DNA of 64,000 nt, taken from positions 12,592-76,591 of the forward strand of contig CAJJCP010000028.1 of NCBI GenBank assembly GCA_905182715.1. Direction: 5' to 3'. The notes under the pieces are model-generated. The model did no database searches and had not been told where the DNA came from. It worked only from the letters and a program-made list of their open reading frames with translations. Made by a program: the position numbers and the translations under genes. This DNA is from an uncultured Candidatus Poseidoniales archaeon. Lineage in GTDB: Archaea > Thermoplasmatota > Poseidoniia > Poseidoniales > Poseidoniaceae. Below, in pieces: positions 28,781 to 37,551 of this stretch (positions within the stretch are counted from its first letter, which is position 1; each line of letters opens with the position of its first letter).

Positions 28781-28791
28781 TTTTTAGCACC

Positions 28792-30072
28792 TCACATGAA
28801 AATTGTAGCCGGATGTTCGAGGTAAGACTTCACCAACTGAACGAGGCTTGCTCCGTCATGGCCATCAACAACTCGATGGTCCCATGATGATGAAAGATTC
28901 ATCATTCGACGAATGACAATGTTGCCATCTCTGACGACTGCACGGTCCTTTGCGTTATGGACGCCAAGAATTCCAACTTCTGGTTTGTTGATGATTGGCG
29001 TTGCACCGAGGCCTCCAAGTCGTCCGAGGCTGGTGATTGTGAAGGTTGATCCTGAAAGGACATCAGCGGTTGCTTTACCATCGCGAGTTGCACTTGTGAC
29101 TCGCATCATTTCTTCAGCAGATTGCCAAATATCCATGGCTTCAACATGTTGGACAACAGGAACAAACAATCCACGGTCAGTTTGAGTTGCAATTCCAAGA
29201 TTGATCGCTTCGTGTCGGGTGACGACGTTTGAATCGTCATCATACACAGCGTTGCATTCCGGACGCTCTCCCAATGCCTTGACCAATGCTTGCATAATGA
29301 AAGGAAGATAGGTCAATTTCGGTGCACCTTCTGGTCGAGTTGCGTTGAGATGTTGACGCAATTCTTCGAGAGCGGTGACATCAACTTCTTCAAAGTAAGA
29401 GAAGTGAGGAATGGTTGTATAGGATGAAACCATGCCTTCTGCAATCTTTCTTCGCAGACCAATGACCTTGATTTCTTCGGTTCCATTTCTCTCAATACGG
29501 GCAGAAGCCCCGATTGGTCGAGCACGGCTTGCGCCACTTGCTCCACCGGCAATGTGAGCATCAAGGTCTGCATGACTGATTCTACCTGCAGGTCCGGACC
29601 CAGCGACCATGTTGAGGTCAATGTTGGCTTGACGTGCACGTTGTCGAACTGCAGGGCTTGACAATGCTTTGGTTCCTGCTGCACGTTGAACGGCGGGTGC
29701 TGCTGCAACCGGTGCTGCTTTTGGAGCAGGTGCGGTTCTGACTTTTGGTGATGCAGGTGCCGGTTCTGCTTTTGGAGCAGGTGTTGGCTCTGCTTTTGGT
29801 GCATCATCAGGTGCTGCAGCGTTTCCATCTCCCTCAACTTCGAATTCGATGCAAACAACGCCAACCGGTAGTGTGTCGCCAGCTTCACCAACGACTCGAG
29901 TTACTTTCCCATCAACAGGTGAAGGGATCTCGACGGTTGCTTTATCGGTCATCACGGAAAGAATTGGATCATCTTCTTTGACAATGTCACCAACAGCGAC
30001 CATCCATTCTACAACTTCGCCTTCGACGACTCCTTCTCCAATATCTGGCATCTTAAATGCAAATGTTCCCAT
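28792..30072 (-). CDS. Dihydrolipoamide acyltransferase (E2) of a 2-oxoacid dehydrogenase complex
   Basis: Lipoyl domain (FKMPDIGEGVVEGEVVEW...SVMTDKATVEIPSP), a peripheral-subunit-binding domain (SSPAVRQRARQANIDL), and the catalytic DHRVVDG. Confidence 0.9.
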   Translation of the reverse strand: MGTFAFKMPDIGEGVVEGEVVEWMVAVGDIVKEDDPILSVMTDKATVEIPSPVDGKVTRVVGEAGDTLPVGVVCIEFEVEGDGNAAAPDDAPKAEPTPAPKAEPAPASPKVRTAPAPKAAPVAAAPAVQRAAGTKALSSPAVRQRARQANIDLNMVAGSGPAGRISHADLDAHIAGGASGASRARPIGASARIERNGTEEIKVIGLRRKIAEGMVSSYTTIPHFSYFEEVDVTALEELRQHLNATRPEGAPKLTYLPFIMQALVKALGERPECNAVYDDDSNVVTRHEAINLGIATQTDRGLFVPVVQHVEAMDIWQSAEEMMRVTSATRDGKATADVLSGSTFTITSLGRLGGLGATPIINKPEVGILGVHNAKDRAVVRDGNIVIRRMMNLSSSWDHRVVDGHDGASLVQLVKSYLEHPATIFM

Positions 30073-30074
30073 AT

Positions 30075-31085
30075 TTATTCCTCCTGTGTTTTCTTTATTG
30101 CTTCAGCTATTCGTGCTGGACTTGGGATATAATCCCATTCCGTAGTGTGAGGGAAAGGTGTATCCCATCCGGTCACTCGAGTAATTGGTGCTTCTAAGTG
30201 GTAGAAGCATCGTTCTTGAATTGATGCACTCATTTCTGCACCAAATCCGCTGGTCTTTGGTGCTTCGTGAACAATCACGCAGCGACCAGTTTTCTTGATT
30301 GAATTGACGACAGTATCTCGGTCCCAAGGTACCAATGTTTGCAAATCGATCAGTTCACAATCAATTCCAGAGTCTTTGATAGCCTGTTCACACATGTGAA
30401 CCATGGTACCCCATGCAATCACAGTACAAGCACTGCCTTCTTGGACGATACGAGCTTCTTCCAAAGGAACGATGTAATGGCCTTCTGGAACTTCAGCGTC
30501 CGGATGACCACTCCATGTAGGAACGTTGTGTGGGTCGCCATAAAATGGTCCTCGGTAGCAACGCTTTGGTTCAAAGAAAATGACAGGGTCGTTGCATTCG
30601 ATCGCAGCGGTCAGTAGGCCTTTGGCGTTGTATGGAGTTGAACAGTAAACAACCTTCAAACCCGGCGTATGGGTGAATTGAGCCTCAGGTGATTGTGAAT
30701 GATGGTGGCCACCTTTGATTCCTCCACCGGCAGGTGTTCTGAATGTCAATGGTGCAGTGAACTCTCCACCGGAACGGTGTCGAACTTTGGCAATTTCATT
30801 GACAATTTGGTCATAGGCTGGGAATATATAGTCTGCAAACTGGATTTCAGCAACAGGTCGCAGGCCATTCAAGCCCATGCCCATTGCAATCGCTGCAATT
30901 CCACCTTCAGCAAGTGGGGAGTCAAAGACCCGGTGTTCTCCGAATTTCTTTTGCAAGCCGTCAGTGACTCGGAATACTCCGCCAAAGAATCCAACATCTT
31001 CTCCAAAGATGACGACGTTCTTGTCCTTCTCAAGTTGTACTTCCAAAGCGGAATTGAGTGCCTTAATCATGTTCATATCAGTCAA
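30075..31085 (-). CDS. Branched-chain 2-oxoacid dehydrogenase E1 component beta subunit
   Basis: EIQFADYIFPAYDQIVNEIAKVRHRSGGEF...HSQSPEAQFTHTPGLKVV... is colinear with BCKDH/PDH E1-beta. Confidence 0.9.
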   Translation of the reverse strand: MTDMNMIKALNSALEVQLEKDKNVVIFGEDVGFFGGVFRVTDGLQKKFGEHRVFDSPLAEGGIAAIAMGMGLNGLRPVAEIQFADYIFPAYDQIVNEIAKVRHRSGGEFTAPLTFRTPAGGGIKGGHHHSQSPEAQFTHTPGLKVVYCSTPYNAKGLLTAAIECNDPVIFFEPKRCYRGPFYGDPHNVPTWSGHPDAEVPEGHYIVPLEEARIVQEGSACTVIAWGTMVHMCEQAIKDSGIDCELIDLQTLVPWDRDTVVNSIKKTGRCVIVHEAPKTSGFGAEMSASIQERCFYHLEAPITRVTGWDTPFPHTTEWDYIPSPARIAEAIKKTQEE

Positions 31086-31096
31086 ATCATCTCACC

Positions 31097-32338
31097 TCAC
31101 TTTCCAAGTTCCTCTCTCTGTTCTTGGACATGCCAAGGTACAGTTTCGTAGACTTCGGTAAAAATAGTTGATGCAGGCGGATAAGGTCCACTTGCCAAAT
31201 CTCCAAACTCACATGCGGCTTTGTATGATGCCATGACTTCATCATCAATTTTCTTAGCCAATGCCGTGTGGCGGGTCTCATTCCACAGTTCTGCTTTCAT
31301 GAGATGATCTTTGAGTCGTTCGATAGGATCTCCACCAGGCCAATATTTGAATTCATCACTTGGGCGGTATACCGAGGGGTCATCGGAAGAAGAATGGCCA
31401 CCAGCACGGTAGGTATACACTTCAATGTGGGTTGCTCCTTTGCCAGCAGCAGCTCGCAAACGTGCCCACTTTGTTACGCTGTAAAGTGCGAGGAAATCAT
31501 TTCCATCCACTCTGAAGGAGGGGATGTCATAGGCTAATCCACGCTCTGCGAAAGTTCGTCCACCTGTTGCAAGGTTGGCGTGAGTTGAAATTGCCCATTG
31601 GTTGTTCACTACATTGAGAATGACTGGTGGCTTAAACGTCGAAGCGAAATTCAATGCGTAGTGATAGTCACCTTGTGCAGATGTTCCATCACCGAGCCAT
31701 GAGATACAAACTTCATCATCGCCTTTGTATGCACTTGCCATCGCTACACCGACTGCTTGGGAGAATTGAGTTCCTACAGGAGATGAAATTGAAATGAATC
31801 GTCCTTGTTTCCAAGTATAGTGGACTGGCATCTGGCGTCCTTTGACATTATCTTCGGTGTTGCCGATGCAATGGCAAATCATACTGACCATGTCGCGTCC
31901 TCGAACAAATTGAGCACCAGGTTGTCGATAGGATGGGAAAATCCAATCTTGTGTTTCAAGCGCCATGGTTTGGGCGATTGCAATTGCTTCTTCGCCAAAA
32001 GACCGCATATAGAACGAAAGTTTACCGGTTCGTTGCATTTTGATCATCCGGTCATCAAATATTCGAAGACGCATCATGTATTCGAGTCCTTGAATCAAGG
32101 TCTCTGCATCCAAGAGAGGGTTCCATTCACCTTCTGCTACACCGTCATCATTGAGAACACGAATCAAACCTGATGCGTGAGCGACTGTATCTTGTGCAGA
32201 ACACTTTGCAGGGTCTGGCCGATTCAAATCGCCGGGCTGCTCAGTAAACTTTCCGCCAAAATCAGCATCTTCACCAGGTCGGAATGGAGGCCGACCGATG
32301 GTGTACGGCTTAGTCGTGGCAGTCACTCTCTCGGTCAT
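31097..32338 (-). CDS. Branched-chain 2-oxoacid dehydrogenase E1 component alpha subunit (TPP-binding)
   Basis: TPP motif region GDGTSAQGDYHYALNFAS...; YRAGGHSSSDDPSVYRPSDEFKYW is typical of E1-alpha. Confidence 0.9.
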   Translation of the reverse strand: MTERVTATTKPYTIGRPPFRPGEDADFGGKFTEQPGDLNRPDPAKCSAQDTVAHASGLIRVLNDDGVAEGEWNPLLDAETLIQGLEYMMRLRIFDDRMIKMQRTGKLSFYMRSFGEEAIAIAQTMALETQDWIFPSYRQPGAQFVRGRDMVSMICHCIGNTEDNVKGRQMPVHYTWKQGRFISISSPVGTQFSQAVGVAMASAYKGDDEVCISWLGDGTSAQGDYHYALNFASTFKPPVILNVVNNQWAISTHANLATGGRTFAERGLAYDIPSFRVDGNDFLALYSVTKWARLRAAAGKGATHIEVYTYRAGGHSSSDDPSVYRPSDEFKYWPGGDPIERLKDHLMKAELWNETRHTALAKKIDDEVMASYKAACEFGDLASGPYPPASTIFTEVYETVPWHVQEQREELGK

Positions 32339-32347
32339 TGTTCCACC

Positions 32348-33376
32348 TCAGTTCATCCCGCCCTTAAGAGGTACGGGTGAATCGTTTTCATCTTGAGCGA
32401 CATACACATATGCGCCAGGCATTACTTCCGAGTTCTCGGCATCCAGTGTTTTTCGCAGTAAAAGTCCAGCCTTGAAGGATGAGCGTACGAGTGGTCCACT
32501 GGCAATTCCAGCAAAACCCATTGTAATCGCTTCCTTTGCCCAGGTGTCATACATCTCCGGCTCCGGGAAACGGTCAACCGTCAAATGGCTTGACGAAGGA
32601 GCAAGATATTGTCCAATGGTGACGAGGTCCACACCGGCATCACGCAGCAGTTGTAATGATTCAGTAATCTCTTCATCACGTTCGCCAACTCCGACCATTA
32701 ACGAAGATTTCGTGATGATATCTGGCCGAAGGATTTTCGCTTGACGGAGAATCTCGAGCGATTGAGAAAAGGATGCTCGGTGGTCACGAACGGTTTTGTC
32801 AAGGCGGGGTACACATTCGACGTTGTGGGCAAAGACCGAAAGTGGACTTCCATCAAGAAGATGAGCAAGAGCCTCATGGTCTCCTGCTAAATCTGAGCAA
32901 AGCAATTCAAGCGTGACATTTGGCTGGCGTTCATGAACAGCAGCAATACATTGCTTGTAGTGATCTGCTCCGCTGTCGGGTATGTCATCTCTGTTGACGA
33001 CCGTAATAACGACGTGTCGAAGATTCATCGATTCAACAGCAGTTGCCAAGTGCGAGGGTTCCTCAAGGTCAAGAGGTGGAGGTGTTTTGATTGTACCAAC
33101 AGCACAAAAACGACATCCACGTGTACATTCTTGCCCAGCAATCATGAATGTTGCATCACCACTGGCCCAGCAATCATGGATATTGGGGCATCGCGCTTCT
33201 TGGCAAACGGTGTGTAAGGCATTGTCTTGAACAGCCGCTTTCGTCTTGTTGAAAAGAGCTTGCTGCTCTCCCGAGGGGAGAGTTGTACGGAACCAATCAG
33301 GTAGCCGTTCACGTTTTGGTTTTGGACGTAAAGCAGGAGGCGTTTTACTCGCCATCGGTAGTTGTTTGCTCGACAT
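32348..33376 (-). CDS. lipA: Lipoyl synthase
   Basis: CEEARCPNIHDCW (auxiliary cluster) and CTRGCRFC (radical-SAM cluster). Confidence 0.9.
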   Translation of the reverse strand: MSSKQLPMASKTPPALRPKPKRERLPDWFRTTLPSGEQQALFNKTKAAVQDNALHTVCQEARCPNIHDCWASGDATFMIAGQECTRGCRFCAVGTIKTPPPLDLEEPSHLATAVESMNLRHVVITVVNRDDIPDSGADHYKQCIAAVHERQPNVTLELLCSDLAGDHEALAHLLDGSPLSVFAHNVECVPRLDKTVRDHRASFSQSLEILRQAKILRPDIITKSSLMVGVGERDEEITESLQLLRDAGVDLVTIGQYLAPSSSHLTVDRFPEPEMYDTWAKEAITMGFAGIASGPLVRSSFKAGLLLRKTLDAENSEVMPGAYVYVAQDENDSPVPLKGGMN

Positions 33377-33530
33377 ACATGTTCCCCCTTGTTTCACCCT
33401 ATGCTTTGCCTTTCAAAAAGATGTGCCGTGGTCTTTTTTTGTCATGTACTATGCAAACCGAGATTCCATGTCATTTTCGCATGATTTTTTTTTGAGAGCA
33501 TTGATGAGGGGCGAACGATTCGAACAGTTC

Positions 33531-34277
33531 ATGGCGCAACGAGTTGCATTGATTACTGGTGGTGGAAAACGTATTGGTGCAGCAACAGTTTCTCTTCTCT
33601 TGGACAATGATTGGTTCGTATTTATTCACGTCCGATCTTCAATCTCAGAAGCCCAAGCAATTCTTCAAACATATGAGCAAAAAAACGGTTCAAAAGCACA
33701 GGCTGAAATCATTCAAGCCGACCTCAATAGCGATGAGGATTTGGCTACGCTCATCGGGGTCGTTCTGAACCATGAAAAAGTAAAATTGAATGGTGGATTA
33801 CATGCTCTAATTCACAATGCTTCAATCTATAGTTCAGAAGACTATGCGTCAGTAAGTCTTGAATCTCTCCGACTTAACACCCGCCTTCATATCGAAGTCC
33901 CCTTCCTTTTGACACAAGGTCTTTTGACGCCTCTCAAATCGGGTCAAGGTTGTGTAATTGGAATGATTGATACTTCATTGGGACGAGCTTGGAAAGGCTT
34001 GTCACATTACACAGCAAGTAAAGCAGGTTTACGTCAATTAATGATGAATTTAGCAGGTGACCTTGCTCCGGAAATCCGAGTGAACTGTGTTGCACCTGGT
34101 GCCATCATTGCCGCCGATTGGGAAAGCGAGCACTTCGCCTCAGTCCTCGAAAAAGTACCCCTGGGCCGTGCAGGTGAACCAACTGATGTTGCTCAAGCCA
34201 TCCTCTTTCTTCTCAATTCCACCTACCTTTCTGGCCAAACAATCAATGTTGATGGCGGCTGGTCAGTTTCACCTTGA
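33531..34277 (+). CDS. folM: FolM/PTR1-like short-chain dehydrogenase (pteridine or dihydrofolate reductase family)
   Basis: ALITGGGKRIG closely resembles the TGGGRRIG / TGAAKRLG fingerprint of FolM/PTR1. IQADLNS, LIHNASIY and YTASKAGL...LAPEIRVNCVAPG match the SDR catalytic YxxxK. The alternative start is at 33504. Confidence 0.7.
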   Translation: MAQRVALITGGGKRIGAATVSLLLDNDWFVFIHVRSSISEAQAILQTYEQKNGSKAQAEIIQADLNSDEDLATLIGVVLNHEKVKLNGGLHALIHNASIYSSEDYASVSLESLRLNTRLHIEVPFLLTQGLLTPLKSGQGCVIGMIDTSLGRAWKGLSHYTASKAGLRQLMMNLAGDLAPEIRVNCVAPGAIIAADWESEHFASVLEKVPLGRAGEPTDVAQAILFLLNSTYLSGQTINVDGGWSVSP

Positions 34278-34328
34278 AGCAATGTGCTTAGGGGTTTTCT
34301 TCAAATCCTCTGTGCAGTTCGGAGGTCT

Positions 34329-34415
34329 GCAGGGGTGGCTGAGGTGGTCAAAGGCGCCGGGCTTAAGATCCGGTCCCGTATGGGTTCGTGGGTTCGTATC
34401 CCACTCCCTGCACCA
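34329..34415 (+). tRNA. tRNA-Leu (anticodon UAA), class II with a long variable arm and a genomically encoded CCA
   Basis: The 87-nt sequence folds by hand into a cloverleaf: acceptor stem GCAGGGG/TCCCTGC (7 bp, one G-U); D stem GCT/GGC; anticodon stem CCGGG/TCCGG with loop CTTAAGA (anticodon TAA at 34364-34366); variable arm with a CCC/GGG stem; T arm GTGGG-TTCGTAT-CCCAC; discriminator A followed by CCA. Confidence 0.85.
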
Positions 34416-34434
34416 CTCTCTCAATACTCATTCG

Positions 34435-34456
34435 CCCCCTCGTAGAGGGGGGTTTT
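34435..34456 (+). terminator. Hairpin plus T-tract downstream of the tRNA-Leu
   Basis: CCCCCTC-gta-GAGGGGG is a perfect 7-bp stem, followed by GTTTTG. Confidence 0.4.
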
Positions 34457-34505
34457 GTTGAACATTCAATGCAAAACCGTTTAACACTCGGTTGAACAGG
34501 CCACG

Positions 34506-37460
34506 ATGGTGAACAGAGTGTCCTCAACGCATGCAACTTCCGTCAACCGCCTTTTACCCGTCCTTTTGGTCATCTTGCTCATCGGCTCAATTCTTCCGAT
34601 GACAGCACCTTCTTCACCCTCGACGTCATTCGATTCTGTTCTCGAAGATGAACCGAGTGTATTGCCCGCAGGAAACGATTGCAATGCGTGCCAATCATAC
34701 GACCTGTATCTCGATGAAATGACCTCAGAGGCTGGCGGAGATGGTTCAATCACCACAGAGGAACCTTCAGGCTCTCACCAAGAAATGAGTGCGCTGGGTG
34801 GAATTCAATTCCGTAGTAATGAAATGATTTCCGATCTCGCAGTGTATGGCCGTGACAATACCGACAAAGTAACTTTGACTGTATTCATGCAATTCAAAGG
34901 TACGGAAGGTTCCACTGCTGATGTTACCTACTCTTTGGACTCTGGTGGCTCAGAAATTGATTCAGTCTCTGAAACTCGAGATGACCCTTGTACCAGCAAT
35001 GTCCTTGGAACAAGCAGTTGTCCCTGGGTGACCACTACAATTGATTTCGAAATACCTTCGAGTGGGTTCATGGTTGAAAACGGTGAGCAACTCGAGTTGA
35101 ACATCGATGCTCAGGCAACATGTGAGAGCAGCACCGGCGGAGTTGGTGGCGGCAGTTGTGAAGTGAATGTCGCTTTCGGCGATGTTGAAGATACTTCTGG
35201 AACTTCCAAACTCGAACTCAAAGCGAATGCTCTTGCAGACTCTTCTGTCCGAGTTCACCGCCCAGGAGCTAGTTTCCTTGACCAAGAAGTGACTGAATGG
35301 TCACCAAATCACCGCCCAGATTTCCGTACCATGCAATTCACTGTTGATGTTCGAAATGCTTTCGGTCGTGATGATATTCAAAACGTTGATTTGATTATGA
35401 GTACACCTAATGGTGCAAATTCTGAGTTCGATAAAACATTCGACGATGATGAACTTAAGTTGGATAATCAAGGATTGATTGGAAATTATACGTGGACGTA
35501 TGACTCTGGAATAAGTGCTGGAGATTATCCATTACGACTTGAAATCAGCGACGTCCAAGGCCATACACTTGTCTTTGAACATTCAGGAATCACTTTTATT
35601 GAGCATGACATCTACCTTTCTCTCCCTTCTTCTCAGCCAGATACTGTTCTGATTGCTCCAGGGCAAACGTCCAGTATTGAATTTTTGATAGAACATACTG
35701 GCTCTACCTCTTCATCAATGAATATCGTCTTTGATTTGGTAGGTTCACCTTTCCCTTCATCATGGTCTGACCCTATATGGGATCAAGCCGGTGGATATAC
35801 GCTCAATGGTGGAGGCACCTTTGCTCGCCCGATACTTTCCTTTGATGTGGTTGATGGTGATCTTACCAATGCTCCAAGCAGTATTGAAATCGAAGCCCGA
35901 GCATATGCAGATACTGAGAATGCCCAAAACGACCAAGTCGCGATTAAGACAATTGTTCTATCGATTGAAGAATCCGATGTCCTCGCGCCACCCCGTATTG
36001 CAGTCTTTGAAGACTTTGAACATCAAATACAAATTGCCGATTCAACTCGTGTTGATGCCTATGATGAGACACTTTCCCATTATGTTGATGCTGGTGATAC
36101 CAAAGGCGAATTCTTTGTTGATGTCTTTAATGCTGGATTTATTACCGATTCGTTCCGATTGCGGGTTACGGATTTACCCGACGCTTGGCAATTCAAATTC
36201 TTCGATAACGACACAGGGATGGAACTGACTGAAGAAGGAATTTATTCAACCACTCCTGACATTGGTTCAAATCAAATTCTCACTCTGCGCATGGAAATAT
36301 TCCCTCCAAATGAGCGCGATGCCCAAGATATTGGTTTGGTTGAGTTTTCAGTTTCCAGTACCGCCGATACCGAACTCAGCACACAAATAGCGTTCACAGT
36401 CCATCGAACCTTTGGTATCTTAGTGGAAGTCATAGCAGACTCTGACGGGGGGACACTCGGGACCGTTGGTCCAGTTTCACCAGGCTCAAGCATGTATTAC
36501 AATATGCGAATCACCGATTCAAGTGAAACACTTGGTCAAACGACATGGCGGATTAAAAATCCTGCTGAATTAGATCGAAACCTCGAAACTCCGGACGGTA
36601 ATCCCGACTATGGTACTTGGGATTATGATATCTCGAATGGGACCGAATCGAACATCGTTGTCGTCTATCTCGAAGCAGATGAGCACGTAGATATCAAGCT
36701 TGATTTGACTTTGCGTTCCAAGGTCGAGGCCGGATTCCATACGATTTATGTCCGTGTCATCGAAGAAGGCGTTGATTCTGAAGAGGCGCGATACTTCGAC
36801 TTACCAATTACTGTTGAAGTCCGAGATGATGTTCAACCAGGGCAACTTGAAATCACCGATGCGAGTACCGAAATTATCCGATTTGAATCGGATGAAGAAC
36901 GTAACATCAACTTCAAGATTGATAATCAAAACAACATACCTCTCGACGTGGTCATCACTTTGGAAGAACCCGATGGCTGGGATGGCTTGATTCGTGCATC
37001 CTCTGACCAAAACGGAGGAAGTTTCCTCCTGCTCACACTTCCTGCTTACTCGAGTAAAGATTTCTCAGTTGCAGTTACGCCACCTTCAAATTTGAAAGAC
37101 GGTGATGATGTGAAATTCACCCTTACAGTTACGCCGATGGATGAGGAAGTACCTTACGATAGTGAATTCACACAAATCATGTCGTTTTCATACCAAACTG
37201 AATGTTCTGGAATCGCATGTCTACTGAATGAGATTATGAATCCAGAACCTCAAACTTTCGCACTTGGAATTGGCCTGGCATTTGTTCTCATCTTTGCAGT
37301 ATATCGTCGTGGACAAAATGCTGGTGTTGGGAGCGAACCTCATCAAACTTGGGTCGACGAAGAGTTCGATTTCGGACTCGAAACAGTCGAACCAGTTGTG
37401 GAACCTGTTGTCGAAGAAGATGATGATTTGGAACTTTTAGATGAACTTGAAGATCTTTGA
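34506..37460 (+). CDS. Large secreted or cell-surface protein (984 aa) with an N-terminal signal/anchor and a C-terminal TM helix plus acidic tail
   Basis: N-terminal LLPVLLVILLIGSILPMTAPS; C-terminal FALGIGLAFVLIFAVYRRGQ followed by an acidic tail (EEDDDLELLDELEDL). Internal beta-rich segments have no enzymatic motifs. Confidence 0.6.
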   Translation: MVNRVSSTHATSVNRLLPVLLVILLIGSILPMTAPSSPSTSFDSVLEDEPSVLPAGNDCNACQSYDLYLDEMTSEAGGDGSITTEEPSGSHQEMSALGGIQFRSNEMISDLAVYGRDNTDKVTLTVFMQFKGTEGSTADVTYSLDSGGSEIDSVSETRDDPCTSNVLGTSSCPWVTTTIDFEIPSSGFMVENGEQLELNIDAQATCESSTGGVGGGSCEVNVAFGDVEDTSGTSKLELKANALADSSVRVHRPGASFLDQEVTEWSPNHRPDFRTMQFTVDVRNAFGRDDIQNVDLIMSTPNGANSEFDKTFDDDELKLDNQGLIGNYTWTYDSGISAGDYPLRLEISDVQGHTLVFEHSGITFIEHDIYLSLPSSQPDTVLIAPGQTSSIEFLIEHTGSTSSSMNIVFDLVGSPFPSSWSDPIWDQAGGYTLNGGGTFARPILSFDVVDGDLTNAPSSIEIEARAYADTENAQNDQVAIKTIVLSIEESDVLAPPRIAVFEDFEHQIQIADSTRVDAYDETLSHYVDAGDTKGEFFVDVFNAGFITDSFRLRVTDLPDAWQFKFFDNDTGMELTEEGIYSTTPDIGSNQILTLRMEIFPPNERDAQDIGLVEFSVSSTADTELSTQIAFTVHRTFGILVEVIADSDGGTLGTVGPVSPGSSMYYNMRITDSSETLGQTTWRIKNPAELDRNLETPDGNPDYGTWDYDISNGTESNIVVVYLEADEHVDIKLDLTLRSKVEAGFHTIYVRVIEEGVDSEEARYFDLPITVEVRDDVQPGQLEITDASTEIIRFESDEERNINFKIDNQNNIPLDVVITLEEPDGWDGLIRASSDQNGGSFLLLTLPAYSSKDFSVAVTPPSNLKDGDDVKFTLTVTPMDEEVPYDSEFTQIMSFSYQTECSGIACLLNEIMNPEPQTFALGIGLAFVLIFAVYRRGQNAGVGSEPHQTWVDEEFDFGLETVEPVVEPVVEEDDDLELLDELEDL

Positions 37461-37551
37461 GTTTTTTGCCGACACTTTGGCTGAGGAATGCTCTACTGCG
37501 GCCCCCTTTCTTTGAAAGTCCCGTCGAGTTAATACTCCGTGAAATGAAGTA

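Noticed and set aside
29313-29891. 192-aa ORF with a Q/H/L-rich low-complexity translation inside the E2 gene
   Set aside because: Alternative frame of the Ala/Pro-rich E2 linker region; a low-complexity artefact.
34087-34461. 124-aa ORF overlapping the tRNA-Leu
   Set aside because: It covers the tRNA gene and its terminator hairpin; the tRNA cloverleaf is unambiguous.
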